This document shows, piece after piece, positions 8,155 through 15,666 of a DNA stretch of 64,000 nucleotides; within the stretch, counting starts at the first letter, position 1; every line of letters starts with the position of its first letter. This stretch comes from a virus. Under the pieces are notes generated by a model that was not told where the DNA came from, did not search any database, and saw only the letters and a program-made list of their open reading frames with translations. The position numbers and the translations under genes are program-made. The DNA lies in IMG/VR virus record IMGVR_UViG_3300045988_171725, positions 1-64,000 of that record; one strand, 5' to 3'.

Positions 8155-8367
8155 TTATCTCCTTTTTGGATTTTTTTCTTTGCAAAGTTTGTAATATTCT
8201 CTTCGTGCATCTGGCGTCGAGGGGAATTGTTCCATTTCAACATTTGTTGCTTGTTCTGGTGTGTCGCCGCCGACACACCTTGTTATAACGATAACCACGT
8301 TTTCTTCGCAAATAATCGTTTCGCGGATAATGCAATAAGAGCCATAATGTTCATAAGTTGTTTTCAT
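8155..8367 (-). CDS. hypothetical small protein (70 aa)
   Basis: ATG 8367 is preceded by GGAGGT. Confidence 0.6.
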   Translation of the reverse strand: MKTTYEHYGSYCIIRETIICEENVVIVITRCVGGDTPEQATNVEMEQFPSTPDARREYYKLCKEKNPKRR

Positions 8368-8402
8368 AATAAACCTCCGATTTTTATTTAGAAAAGAGAA
8401 GC

Positions 8403-8795
8403 TCAAATGAGCTCCTCTTCGAAATAACCTTCCTTTTCGAGTTCGTCGATTGCTTCCGCAATTGCGCTCCCGAGCAAATAACAACGAATCGTTACATCGC
8501 AGTATTCGGCGCCGTGTTTTACCGCTTCGCCTATATCTTGCCCGAATTCGTCACAAGCCTCTGCGAGTAAATCCATATTGTGGCAGAGATTTTCTTCTGC
8601 TTCCCACGTATTAAACGTGTACGATCCGCTCCCATTCCCTGTCACTTGATCGTCGATCCACAATTCGTCGTTGAGGTATTCTTCGAGCGCATCTCTTCCT
8701 TCTTCTTTGTAAAGGCGAAGAGAATTTTCTTTATACCCGTCTTTAATCTGCTCAATAACGTCGTTTCTTACTGCTTCTCTGTAATCGTATTCCAT
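8403..8795 (-). CDS. hypothetical acidic protein (130 aa)
   Basis: ATG 8795 is preceded by GGAGG. Contains a GNGSGSYTFNTWEAEE string. Family not recognised. Confidence 0.6.
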   Translation of the reverse strand: MEYDYREAVRNDVIEQIKDGYKENSLRLYKEEGRDALEEYLNDELWIDDQVTGNGSGSYTFNTWEAEENLCHNMDLLAEACDEFGQDIGEAVKHGAEYCDVTIRCYLLGSAIAEAIDELEKEGYFEEELI

Positions 8796-8961
8796 AAGGA
8801 ACCTCCAAAAATTTATTTGCGATTTGCGGATTGCTGTATGAGACCGCAGGCTCGCTTGCCCACCAGACGCTTTACCACTTCGGCAGGGACGTCTAAGCCC
8901 ATTCAACGCTTTCGCGAGGAATACCTAATTCAGATTTGTCTAATCGTGATTTGACGAGCGA

Positions 8962-9165
8962 TTAATCTTCGTCTTCCTCTTCTTCGTCTTCATCGTCTTC
9001 ATTTTCGTCGAAGTAACCATACGAGCGGGCAAATTCGCCCACTTCGTCGTCGCTCAACCACGAGAGAAGAGATTGTGCGAGCTGTTCCCAGTCGCAACCG
9101 TTTTCGAGAATTTCCTGTAATTTGGCTTCATTAGGGCGAGCCATCTCCCACTGTGATTTAGACAT
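8962..9165 (-). CDS. small protein with poly-acidic tail (67 aa, ...DENEDDEDEEEEDED)
   Basis: ATG 9165 is preceded by AAGGAGG. The C-terminal 16 residues are almost all D/E. Confidence 0.6.
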   Translation of the reverse strand: MSKSQWEMARPNEAKLQEILENGCDWEQLAQSLLSWLSDDEVGEFARSYGYFDENEDDEDEEEEDED

Positions 9166-9182
9166 TTTTAGTCCTCCTTTAA

Positions 9183-9357
9183 TTAACAATTTTCAAACAT
9201 TTCTATGCTAAAATAAAGAGCGTTATCTTCTACTTTGGTGAGGATAACTCTCCAGGCTTCGTTCCAACTTTTTTCGTAAGTTTCTTCTAAAGCGGCTTCT
9301 AAACGCGCCTTATCAACCTCTTTGTATCCAGAATCTTCTGCTAAATAGTATTTCATA
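9183..9357 (-). pseudogene. small gene interrupted by a +1 frame change (two-frame 57-aa reading)
   Basis: ATG 9357 has a GGAGGC RBS and reads MKYYLAEDSGYKEVDKARL. The protein-like continuation EAALEETYEKSWNEAWRVILTKVEDNALYFSIEMFENC lies in the +1 frame and stops at 9183-9185, just before the next RBS. Frame 0 instead gives a 44-aa Arg-rich tail. Confidence 0.4.
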
Positions 9358-9366
9358 CTTGCCTCC

Positions 9367-9702
9367 TTAATAATATCTTTTGAAGCAGATTTGCATTTCT
9401 GCTCTCTGCTGCGGATAAATCTGCTTTTCGTCGAACGGGAAAACCTTTTCTGCGCATTCTATTGGCGTAAATTCATCGGTTATCCAAGTCAGGCACTTCG
9501 TGCCTTCGACCTCGATAACGATTGCGGTTTCTTCCGCGAAGTCCGACCAGTTCCAGTCGATGATTTTGAGAATTTTGTCTGCGAGATTTTCGTTGAACCG
9601 CGAAGAGAGCATTTCTCTGTAATCTTCGCGGTGTTCGTCGAAGTCCGTCCAGCAGTCTGGAACTTGCATTGCTATTTCGTATTGGTTGTTATTTAACATC
9701 AT
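9367..9702 (-). CDS. hypothetical protein (111 aa)
   Basis: GGAGGT RBS. Confidence 0.6.
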   Translation of the reverse strand: MMLNNNQYEIAMQVPDCWTDFDEHREDYREMLSSRFNENLADKILKIIDWNWSDFAEETAIVIEVEGTKCLTWITDEFTPIECAEKVFPFDEKQIYPQQRAEMQICFKRYY

Positions 9703-9724
9703 GGCTATTTTACCTCCTTTGCCA

Positions 9725-9949
9725 TTATTTCACTTCGTAGTATTTCGGCATCCCACCGAGTTCGTAGTTGTTAATCGTTTCTTCGGTTTCGTCGTTGAAA
9801 TCCGTGTCAACCATATCGTTGTAATCGAGTTCGATTTCGCCATTGTAATAAGCGTCTTCGGCTTTTTGTAATGCCTCGCTTGAGTCCTCTGCGTGAACTT
9901 CGACGATGCGGTTAAGTGTTTCTGTTACGCTGATGTAAAAAGTTTTCAT
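9725..9949 (-). CDS. DpnD/PcfM-like small protein (74 aa)
   Basis: MKTFYISVTETLNRIVEVHAEDSSEALQKAEDAYYNGEIELDYNDMVDTDF follows the MKxxxVxxTETLxxxVxVxAExxEEA...Y..GEI.LD...F pattern of this plasmid/ICE/phage family. AAGGAG RBS. Confidence 0.6.
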   Translation of the reverse strand: MKTFYISVTETLNRIVEVHAEDSSEALQKAEDAYYNGEIELDYNDMVDTDFNDETEETINNYELGGMPKYYEVK

Positions 9950-9970
9950 ATTTACTCCTTCCCTTTCGGG

Positions 9971-10027
9971 ACGGTCGGGTTTGGTTTTTGAGCCGACTTT
10001 GCGACCCCGACCGTTTTGTTTTTTTTT
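9971..10027 (+). terminator. plus-sense intrinsic terminator inside the minus-sense operon
   Basis: 8-9 bp G/C stem (9971-9979 with 10006-10014) followed by TTTTGTTTTTTTTT on the + strand only. Confidence 0.45.
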
Positions 10028-10029
10028 GA

Positions 10030-10587
10030 TTAGAGGATTCCTTCGTCTTCGAGAGCGATATCTATCGAATCGAAGGTTTCTCCGATTTCGCAATTTTTGG
10101 GAATTTCTCTGTCGCGAGTTCTGTTGTCGGTGTATTTGATTACAAGGGCAGGAGCCTCATCTCCCCAAATTTCACTTTCGAAAAGCACGTAAGTTACGCC
10201 GTTGTGCGTTAAGTGGTCGATTTCATACCAAGTGCCAATTCGTCCCTCGATTCTGATATTTTCGAGTTTCATATGCGGCAGTCTTTCGCGGTCTAAAACC
10301 AACTCGTCTTTCAGCGGAGTATAATCGATAAGATACTCGTTCCAAACCGCTTCGGTTATGTCTTCGCAATCGTCGAAGATTGTTTCGAGAAGCCAACGAA
10401 GCTGTTCGTTGGTATCTTTAATTGCCGATTGCCCGTAATGCCGCCAAGTGATGAATTTTGACGGATAAGGCGAGTGGAAGATTGCCCCTCCAAACGCCTT
10501 GCCGTTCTTTTGCACGGGAACGTAGATTTTCCCGTCGTTGATGTTTCTGCGGATTTCCGCAATTTCCTGATTTGTAAATTTACGCAT
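10030..10587 (-). CDS. hypothetical protein (185 aa)
   Basis: AAGGAGG RBS. Confidence 0.65.
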   Translation of the reverse strand: MRKFTNQEIAEIRRNINDGKIYVPVQKNGKAFGGAIFHSPYPSKFITWRHYGQSAIKDTNEQLRWLLETIFDDCEDITEAVWNEYLIDYTPLKDELVLDRERLPHMKLENIRIEGRIGTWYEIDHLTHNGVTYVLFESEIWGDEAPALVIKYTDNRTRDREIPKNCEIGETFDSIDIALEDEGIL

Positions 10588-10608
10588 TTTTATTACCTCC
10601 TTATGCGT

Positions 10609-10890
10609 TTATTTTGAAGTTTGTACACGAGTGCACAATTCAAAACTGATTGTGTCGTTGCTGTTGCTTGAATAATAATATTCGTCCGTATTTTTGAGAA
10701 TTTCGGCTTCTCTACCTTCACAGGTTAGAAACGCGATGTCTCGACGTTTGAGATCTTCGAATTTCTTCATCATATCTTCTTCTGTGTCAAAGATATAAAC
10801 CGTTTCGTAAATTTCCAAGTCGTTGATGCAAGTTGCTAGTAAGACGTAAGTTTCTTTTTGTGATTTTGTGCAATTTTTAATAGTAAGCAT
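10609..10890 (-). CDS. hypothetical protein, tandem paralogue 1 (93 aa)
   Basis: Shares ET.(Y)IFD.E....KFE.L...DI.FL..E.R with the next gene. GGAGA RBS. Confidence 0.6.
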   Translation of the reverse strand: MLTIKNCTKSQKETYVLLATCINDLEIYETVYIFDTEEDMMKKFEDLKRRDIAFLTCEGREAEILKNTDEYYYSSNSNDTISFELCTRVQTSK

Positions 10891-10901
10891 ATTTTATCTC
10901 C

Positions 10902-11177
10902 TTATGCGTTTTTAGTTGTTAATAAATCGAGCGTGTGGTGACTTTCGGCATAATCGCCTTCGGGATAGGATTGATACCAATACCCATCTCTTTCGATTAC
11001 GTCGTCTCTTTCCTCTTCTTTAAGGAACTCTATGTCATCTGCGACAAGTTGCTCAAATTTTTCGTGTGCTGCTTTTTCATTGTCGAAAATGAATGTTTCG
11101 ATTTCTTCGTAACCTTCCGAACAGCTGTTTTCAATAATGATGTAAAGTTGAGTTTTGTTTGTTCTTAAATCTTTCAT
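10902..11177 (-). CDS. hypothetical protein, tandem paralogue 2 (91 aa)
   Basis: Same motif string as 10609-10890. GGAGGC RBS. Confidence 0.6.
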   Translation of the reverse strand: MKDLRTNKTQLYIIIENSCSEGYEEIETFIFDNEKAAHEKFEQLVADDIEFLKEEERDDVIERDGYWYQSYPEGDYAESHHTLDLLTTKNA

Positions 11178-11192
11178 GGTTGTTTTGCCTCC

Positions 11193-11507
11193 TTAATCCA
11201 AATAATTGCTTGCTTTGTCGATGAAATCCCATTTATCCATTTTGAGAATTTCTTCGACTATTTGATTGGTCGTTCTGAAACTGAGAGCTCGTTGTGTTTT
11301 GACCATATCGTTTATGCACTTCGCAACTGCGTCTGTTGTCATAACATCCGCCTTTAAGTACATCTCTTCTGCGAAATTGCACAATTTTTCAAATTCTTCA
11401 TCTGAATAATTGAAATCAAAAATACAATCGCAAGAATTTCCGATTTCGATGCTGGTCGGCGTAATGCCAAGTTCTTCAAGTTTGTTTAATTGTTCTCTGT
11501 ACGTCAT
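11193..11507 (-). CDS. hypothetical protein (104 aa)
   Basis: GGAGGT RBS. Confidence 0.6.
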   Translation of the reverse strand: MTYREQLNKLEELGITPTSIEIGNSCDCIFDFNYSDEEFEKLCNFAEEMYLKADVMTTDAVAKCINDMVKTQRALSFRTTNQIVEEILKMDKWDFIDKASNYLD

Positions 11508-11571
11508 TTTACGTACCTCCTAAAATATTTTTTTGCCCGTTTATGTTATGGTCGATAGCACAACCAAGTTT

Positions 11572-12246
11572 TTAGTCGCTGATTACGATTGTCTTGCATT
11601 TTTGCGGAACGCAATATTCCTCTTCTTCCACGCTCGCGTTATCGCAATAATAAATCAGATTCGCGAGCAACTCGTCGCACAATGCGTCGAATTCCCGAAC
11701 GATTTTCACGCGTTCACGGATTCTCGAAATATCCCAATCCTCGAAATCTTCGTCCATATCGACGCCTCTTCCTGGATAGCTATAAGACTGCATAATCGGA
11801 TGTTCGAGGTTCTTTCTCGTATTTTTCCCGCATTTGCCGCAAATACAGCCCGTTTCTTCAACGGTGCGGTAATTCAACTGCCCGCATTCCGTGCATCGCG
11901 ATTTGAATCCGCTGTCTTTTTGCCCTCCCGTGTATAAGACGAGATAACCTCCACTGCTTCCGTTGAAGCCGACCTGCCATTCGTAGTTGTGCCGTCTGTT
12001 CCACATTGTGATATCGGCCGAGAAAGCGAGGTCGTATAATTCGTCGGTTTCGAGCATTTCGTATGCTTTGTCGAGCTGTTCTTCTGTTAAACCGAGATTA
12101 TAGAGTTTTACGTTGTGAGCGTAACTCGTCGCGTTGTTCCACGAGTTCATCGTGTGATAACGGAAATGTGAAGTAAGGAATTTTACCATTTCTTCGCGGT
12201 TTCTAAGGTCTACCTTTTTGCTGAATTTGTTAATCATTTTAGCCAT
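11572..12246 (-). CDS. hypothetical protein with internal zinc ribbon (224 aa)
   Basis: CTECG...CICGKCG. AGGAGG RBS. Confidence 0.65.
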   Translation of the reverse strand: MAKMINKFSKKVDLRNREEMVKFLTSHFRYHTMNSWNNATSYAHNVKLYNLGLTEEQLDKAYEMLETDELYDLAFSADITMWNRRHNYEWQVGFNGSSGGYLVLYTGGQKDSGFKSRCTECGQLNYRTVEETGCICGKCGKNTRKNLEHPIMQSYSYPGRGVDMDEDFEDWDISRIRERVKIVREFDALCDELLANLIYYCDNASVEEEEYCVPQKCKTIVISD

Positions 12247-12268
12247 TTTTTTATCCTCCTGATGACTT

Positions 12269-12460
12269 TCATTTCTTTTCGACCAACATCGTTAAAACGT
12301 TGGTTAAAGTGTCTTGTTGCATTTGCAGATAATCTGCGTCTTCTTTTGTTCTTTGCTTTTTGTATTTTCTCAACTCTTTGTTTTCTTCTTGAAGTCTTTC
12401 GTTCTCTTCAAGCAAGTCGAGCAAATCGTAAGCAAATTCTCGTAAAAGTTCCTTGTTCAT
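12269..12460 (-). CDS. small coiled-coil protein (63 aa)
   Basis: ATG 12460 is preceded by AAGGAGA. Leucine/glutamate heptads. Confidence 0.55.
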   Translation of the reverse strand: MNKELLREFAYDLLDLLEENERLQEENKELRKYKKQRTKEDADYLQMQQDTLTNVLTMLVEKK

Positions 12461-12477
12461 TTTAATCTCCTTTAGAC

Positions 12478-12657
12478 TCAATCCTTAATTGCGCCGTAAA
12501 TATCATCGACGTAATAACCCGCGAAAATATTGTAAATCGCAGTGCATTTCTTACCGTTATATTCAACGATAATGTTGTTATCTCCATTGTATTGGAGAAT
12601 GGTTACTTCGGCAAATTTGCCGTCGAGTGAGTGAATGTGTGCTTGTACTTTGTTCAT
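12478..12657 (-). CDS. hypothetical small protein (59 aa, below the ORF-track cutoff)
   Basis: AGGAGG RBS. Translates as MNKVQAHIHSLDGKFAEVTILQYNGDNNIIVEYNGKKCTAIYNIFAGYYVDDIYGAIKD. Confidence 0.55.
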   Translation of the reverse strand: MNKVQAHIHSLDGKFAEVTILQYNGDNNIIVEYNGKKCTAIYNIFAGYYVDDIYGAIKD

Positions 12658-12717
12658 GATAGAACCTCCTAAAATTTTATTGCGATTATTCTGGCGAACA
12701 TCGCGAAACGCCGTTTG

Positions 12718-12810
12718 TTAAAGTCTGATGTAGACCATCAAAACCGCGACTGCTGCTGCGACTATCGATATCCACCAAGGATAACTGATTTTGTTCTTTT
12801 CACGCTTCAT
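12718..12810 (-). CDS. micro-ORF, membrane peptide (30 aa, MKREKNKISYPWWISIVAAAVAVLMVYIRL)
   Basis: GAAGGAGG 7 nt upstream. The start overlaps the end of the upstream 49-aa ORF. One TM helix. Confidence 0.45.
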   Translation of the reverse strand: MKREKNKISYPWWISIVAAAVAVLMVYIRL

Positions 12811-12949
12811 CTTCTTCGACCTCCTTCTGTAATTTGTGAGGATCGTGCTCGGACCCTTTGTTTGCCACGCCCGTCAAATCTTCGACGGGTTCTTTGTTTT
12901 TTTCGAGCCAAGCCTTTCGAGCAAGCTCTTTCATCTCTTTGAGTGTCAT
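12800..12949 (-). CDS. hypothetical small protein (49 aa)
   Basis: AAGGAGGAG RBS. ATGA overlap with the upstream gene. Confidence 0.5.
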   Translation of the reverse strand: MTLKEMKELARKAWLEKNKEPVEDLTGVANKGSEHDPHKLQKEVEEDEA

Positions 12950-13125
12950 AACTCCTCCTTTAAACGTTTGTTTTGTAATTTAGTTCTTTTGATATCGACG
13001 TCTTCTTGATATTTAAGATGGAAGAATTCCTTCTTCTCATCTTTCGTCAGATGTATATCGAAATCTTTGAGAATTTGGAGAGTATTTAAGCAATACTCTC
13101 TTGTGTTTCTGTGCTTACCTGTCAT
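12946..13125 (-). CDS. hypothetical small protein (59 aa)
   Basis: AAGGAGGTG RBS. Confidence 0.55.
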   Translation of the reverse strand: MTGKHRNTREYCLNTLQILKDFDIHLTKDEKKEFFHLKYQEDVDIKRTKLQNKRLKEEL

Positions 13126-13557
13126 TTAATCACCTCCTTTTATCGTTTTCTTCAACGCTTCTGCTTCATCGACTAAACCGTTCCTTTTAAGAATCCGATA
13201 AGCACTCTCGTAATCACCGAGTTCAACGAATACGCTTGCATCGTCTATCGCGAGTTCTTGTGAATATGCTACCACGCGTTTTGCCGCGTTCGTAAGCAAC
13301 CGCTGCGCAATGCCTTTACGGTTGTATTTGCGTGTCTTGCGAACCTCGACTACAACTTTTGTCGTTTTACGAAGTTCTTCCGCTTCGAGCAACGCCATCT
13401 TTGCCGCGTGCAACTGCGTGAGATAGCATTTTTCTTCGATGCAGAAGCCCGCCTTCGGGCATATTGAGCAAGAACGCTCAAACCGCGTCTTTGCTTCTTC
13501 AATTGTTTTGGCTTCGTCTTGTAACTCAATTGCTCTGTTCTTGTTAAAGTACCTCAT
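13126..13557 (-). CDS. hypothetical protein (143 aa)
   Basis: GGAGGTG RBS. Confidence 0.65.
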   Translation of the reverse strand: MRYFNKNRAIELQDEAKTIEEAKTRFERSCSICPKAGFCIEEKCYLTQLHAAKMALLEAEELRKTTKVVVEVRKTRKYNRKGIAQRLLTNAAKRVVAYSQELAIDDASVFVELGDYESAYRILKRNGLVDEAEALKKTIKGGD

Positions 13558-13558
13558 G

Positions 13559-13768
13559 TTATTTCACCTCCTTTACATCCGTCCAGTTATAAGTCGCTGC
13601 TTTACCTGTACGCTTCGTGACTTTGCTGCACAGGTTCATGCAGTATTGATGTGCTTCGTCCAAGCACTGTTGCTTAGTTTCGTGAAGAGAAGTTTCGAAC
13701 TCCTCCTTCGAAATCGTCTTGTCATCGATGATGACATCGAAATTGATCTTGTAAAATTTGTTAATCAT
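13559..13768 (-). CDS. hypothetical small protein (69 aa)
   Basis: ATG 13768 is preceded by AAAGGAGC. The longer ORF-track start runs into a structured spacer. Confidence 0.55.
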   Translation of the reverse strand: MINKFYKINFDVIIDDKTISKEEFETSLHETKQQCLDEAHQYCMNLCSKVTKRTGKAATYNWTDVKEVK

Positions 13769-13838
13769 AAGGTAGCTCCTTTGCCGACGACCGCTTCGAA
13801 CGACCTGATTGTGTCGGCTTGGCTTTGCTTTCTGCAAA

Positions 13839-13910
13839 AACCCATGAGCGCCGCGCATTGCTGCGCATCGGACTTGCACCGATTGCTCTTACGAGCAGGC
13901 CTTGCGGGTT
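13839..13910 (-). other. compact multi-hairpin RNA element in an intergenic spacer
   Basis: Read in minus sense, an AACCC/GGGTT closing helix encloses three hairpins: GCTC-GTAA-GAGC, ATCGG-N7-CCGAT and GCGCA-GCAA-TGCGC. Two have GNRA loops. A U run follows. Confidence 0.4.
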
Positions 13911-14112
13911 ACGCCGTGTATTGATAAATAGTTGGGAAACCGTTATCGCGCTCAATTTCACAAGCAACTGCTTCGCAACGCATGTGAGCTTCCTCCCAAA
14001 GTTTATCTTCGCTTTCGGCACTTACTTCAAAAGTAAGCGTTTTGACTTTTCTCCACTCATCGTTCATTAAGTCGTGAGCTTCAAAATTTGCTGTAATTTT
14101 CTTTGTTAACAT
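13909..14112 (-). CDS. hypothetical small protein (67 aa)
   Basis: Weak AAGGAA RBS. Confidence 0.5.
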   Translation of the reverse strand: MLTKKITANFEAHDLMNDEWRKVKTLTFEVSAESEDKLWEEAHMRCEAVACEIERDNGFPTIYQYTA

Positions 14113-14218
14113 GATAGTTTCCTTTGCCCTAAACCCCTGAACGTCCTATCTACGTTCGCGAAAGGTATTAATGGAGCATCCGCGTTGTTTCGCAGTGCGG
14201 ATGTAAGGCTGCGTCGAA

Positions 14219-14353
14219 CTATTTTTCAAGTTCGATTAAGCGGCGTTCGACCGCTTTCGCGACTTCCCAGTCGTGAGCTTTGCGAGCTCTTTCGAGCCAG
14301 GTCGTAAGTTTCGACTTGTCAGCCGTTTGACGAATGTAATCAAAAACGTCCAT
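14219..14353 (-). CDS. hypothetical small protein (44 aa)
   Basis: ATG 14353 is preceded by AAGGAGGTG. Confidence 0.5.
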   Translation of the reverse strand: MDVFDYIRQTADKSKLTTWLERARKAHDWEVAKAVERRLIELEK

Positions 14354-14357
14354 CTGA

Positions 14358-14516
14358 TCACCTCCTTTGCGATTCTTGCTCAAGCAACGTGTACTTGAGA
14401 GCATAAAGCTTTTCAAGTTTGGCAGTTATGCGAGTTTGTTCAGCTTCGTTGCCGTGCGCCTCACGTCTTGCGACGAGAAGATTTGCAATTGCTTGCTGTA
14501 AGGATTCGAGTGTCAT
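14358..14516 (-). CDS. hypothetical small protein (52 aa), first gene of the minus-strand block
   Basis: AGGAGGT RBS. Translates as MTLESLQQAIANLLVARREAHGNEAEQTRITAKLEKLYALKYTLLEQESQRR. Confidence 0.5.
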   Translation of the reverse strand: MTLESLQQAIANLLVARREAHGNEAEQTRITAKLEKLYALKYTLLEQESQRR

Positions 14517-14589
14517 TGTTTTATACCTCCTAATGACAGTAATTCACTTATAAAATAAGCTAATTTACATATTTTTAATTCAATAAGAT

Positions 14590-14603
14590 TACTATATATA
14601 GTA
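14590..14603. promoter_or_regulatory. perfect 14-bp palindrome TACTATATATAGTA in the divergent control region
   Basis: Lies between the first minus-strand gene (14516) and promoter P4 (14707). Candidate operator. Confidence 0.4.
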
Positions 14604-14706
14604 GTTATCGTTGCTCCTTATACATAACCCAAAAATACATTTACCTACAAAATTCCAAATTCATTTTATACCCTTCGAAAAATTTTAAAAAAAATACAAA
14701 TTTTGC

Positions 14707-14735
14707 TTGACATCCGAACTAAAATATGTTATAAT
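14707..14735 (+). promoter_or_regulatory. sigma-A-type promoter P4
   Basis: TTGACA 14707-14712, 17 nt, TGtTATAAT ending 14735. Confidence 0.7.
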
Positions 14736-14763
14736 ATAAAAAAAACAAAAATGGAGAATTATA

Positions 14764-15666
14764 ATGACTTTTACAAATTATGATGATTTAATAGGCCAAA
14801 AATTTGGTAGACTAACTATAATTTCTGAAACCGAACCAAGACCCCAATCTAACGGCAAAAAGATGAGACAATGTATTTGTAATTGTGATTGCGGAACAAA
14901 AGGTTTTATCATTCCTTTTATCTATTTAACTCGTGGAATAAATAAATCTTGTGGATGTCTTGTAACAGAACGAAATAAACGCGGGGCAGATAAAAGAGAA
15001 GCGGTTAATAATAGGAAAGTTGAACGGCACGAAAGACGTTTAAAAAGAGAAGCCGAAATGAAAAGAATCGCAGAAGAAAAGCGCGGTGCCCGTCGTATCA
15101 AAAAAGAACAGAAAGAAACGGAAAAATGGCGTAAACGAGAATTAGCCCACGGAAATAAATATGAGTTCCACGCAAATTATGTAATTGGTTACACCCATAA
15201 CAATAATACGCCTTTTTATATAGACGTAGAAGATTATGAAAAAGTTAAACCTTTTACTTGGTATGACAGAAATACAAACGGAGTAAAAACGATTGCTACA
15301 AATATAAAAATTGACGGGAAGACACATTCAGTCGTAATGCACGTATTTCTTGGATATAAATATCATGATCATATAAACAATAATGAGTTAGATAATAGAA
15401 AAGTAAACTTGCGCCCATGCACTCATCATCAAAATATGTTTAATAAAAAAATTCAAAAAGACAACAAATATGGAATTATCGGAATAGGATATATGCAAAA
15501 AACTAATAAATGGATTGCAAAAATAGGCTATCAGTATAAAAATATTCATTTAGGGATATTCGATACAAAAGAAGAAGCAATTGTCGCTCGTCTTAAAGCA
15601 GAAAAAGAGTATTTTGGAGAATTTGCACCACAAAAGCAATTATTCTCTCAGTACGGAATTGAATAA
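14764..15666 (+). CDS. HNH-AP2 type homing endonuclease
   Basis: N-terminal GQKFGRLTII plus CxC/CGC cluster. HVFLGYKYHDHINNNELDNRKVNLRPCTHHQN (HNH_3-like). GIIGIGYMQKTNKWIAKI...LGIFDTKEEAIVARLKAE (AP2-like). Paralogue of 21498-22466. Confidence 0.8.
   Translation: MTFTNYDDLIGQKFGRLTIISETEPRPQSNGKKMRQCICNCDCGTKGFIIPFIYLTRGINKSCGCLVTERNKRGADKREAVNNRKVERHERRLKREAEMKRIAEEKRGARRIKKEQKETEKWRKRELAHGNKYEFHANYVIGYTHNNNTPFYIDVEDYEKVKPFTWYDRNTNGVKTIATNIKIDGKTHSVVMHVFLGYKYHDHINNNELDNRKVNLRPCTHHQNMFNKKIQKDNKYGIIGIGYMQKTNKWIAKIGYQYKNIHLGIFDTKEEAIVARLKAEKEYFGEFAPQKQLFSQYGIE

Noticed and set aside
13865-13885. GGTGCAAGTCC string resembling the cobalamin-riboswitch GGTGnAAnTCC core
   Set aside because: The spacer is too short. 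It lacks the B12 box and the flanking conserved helices, and the context (small phage genes) does not fit.
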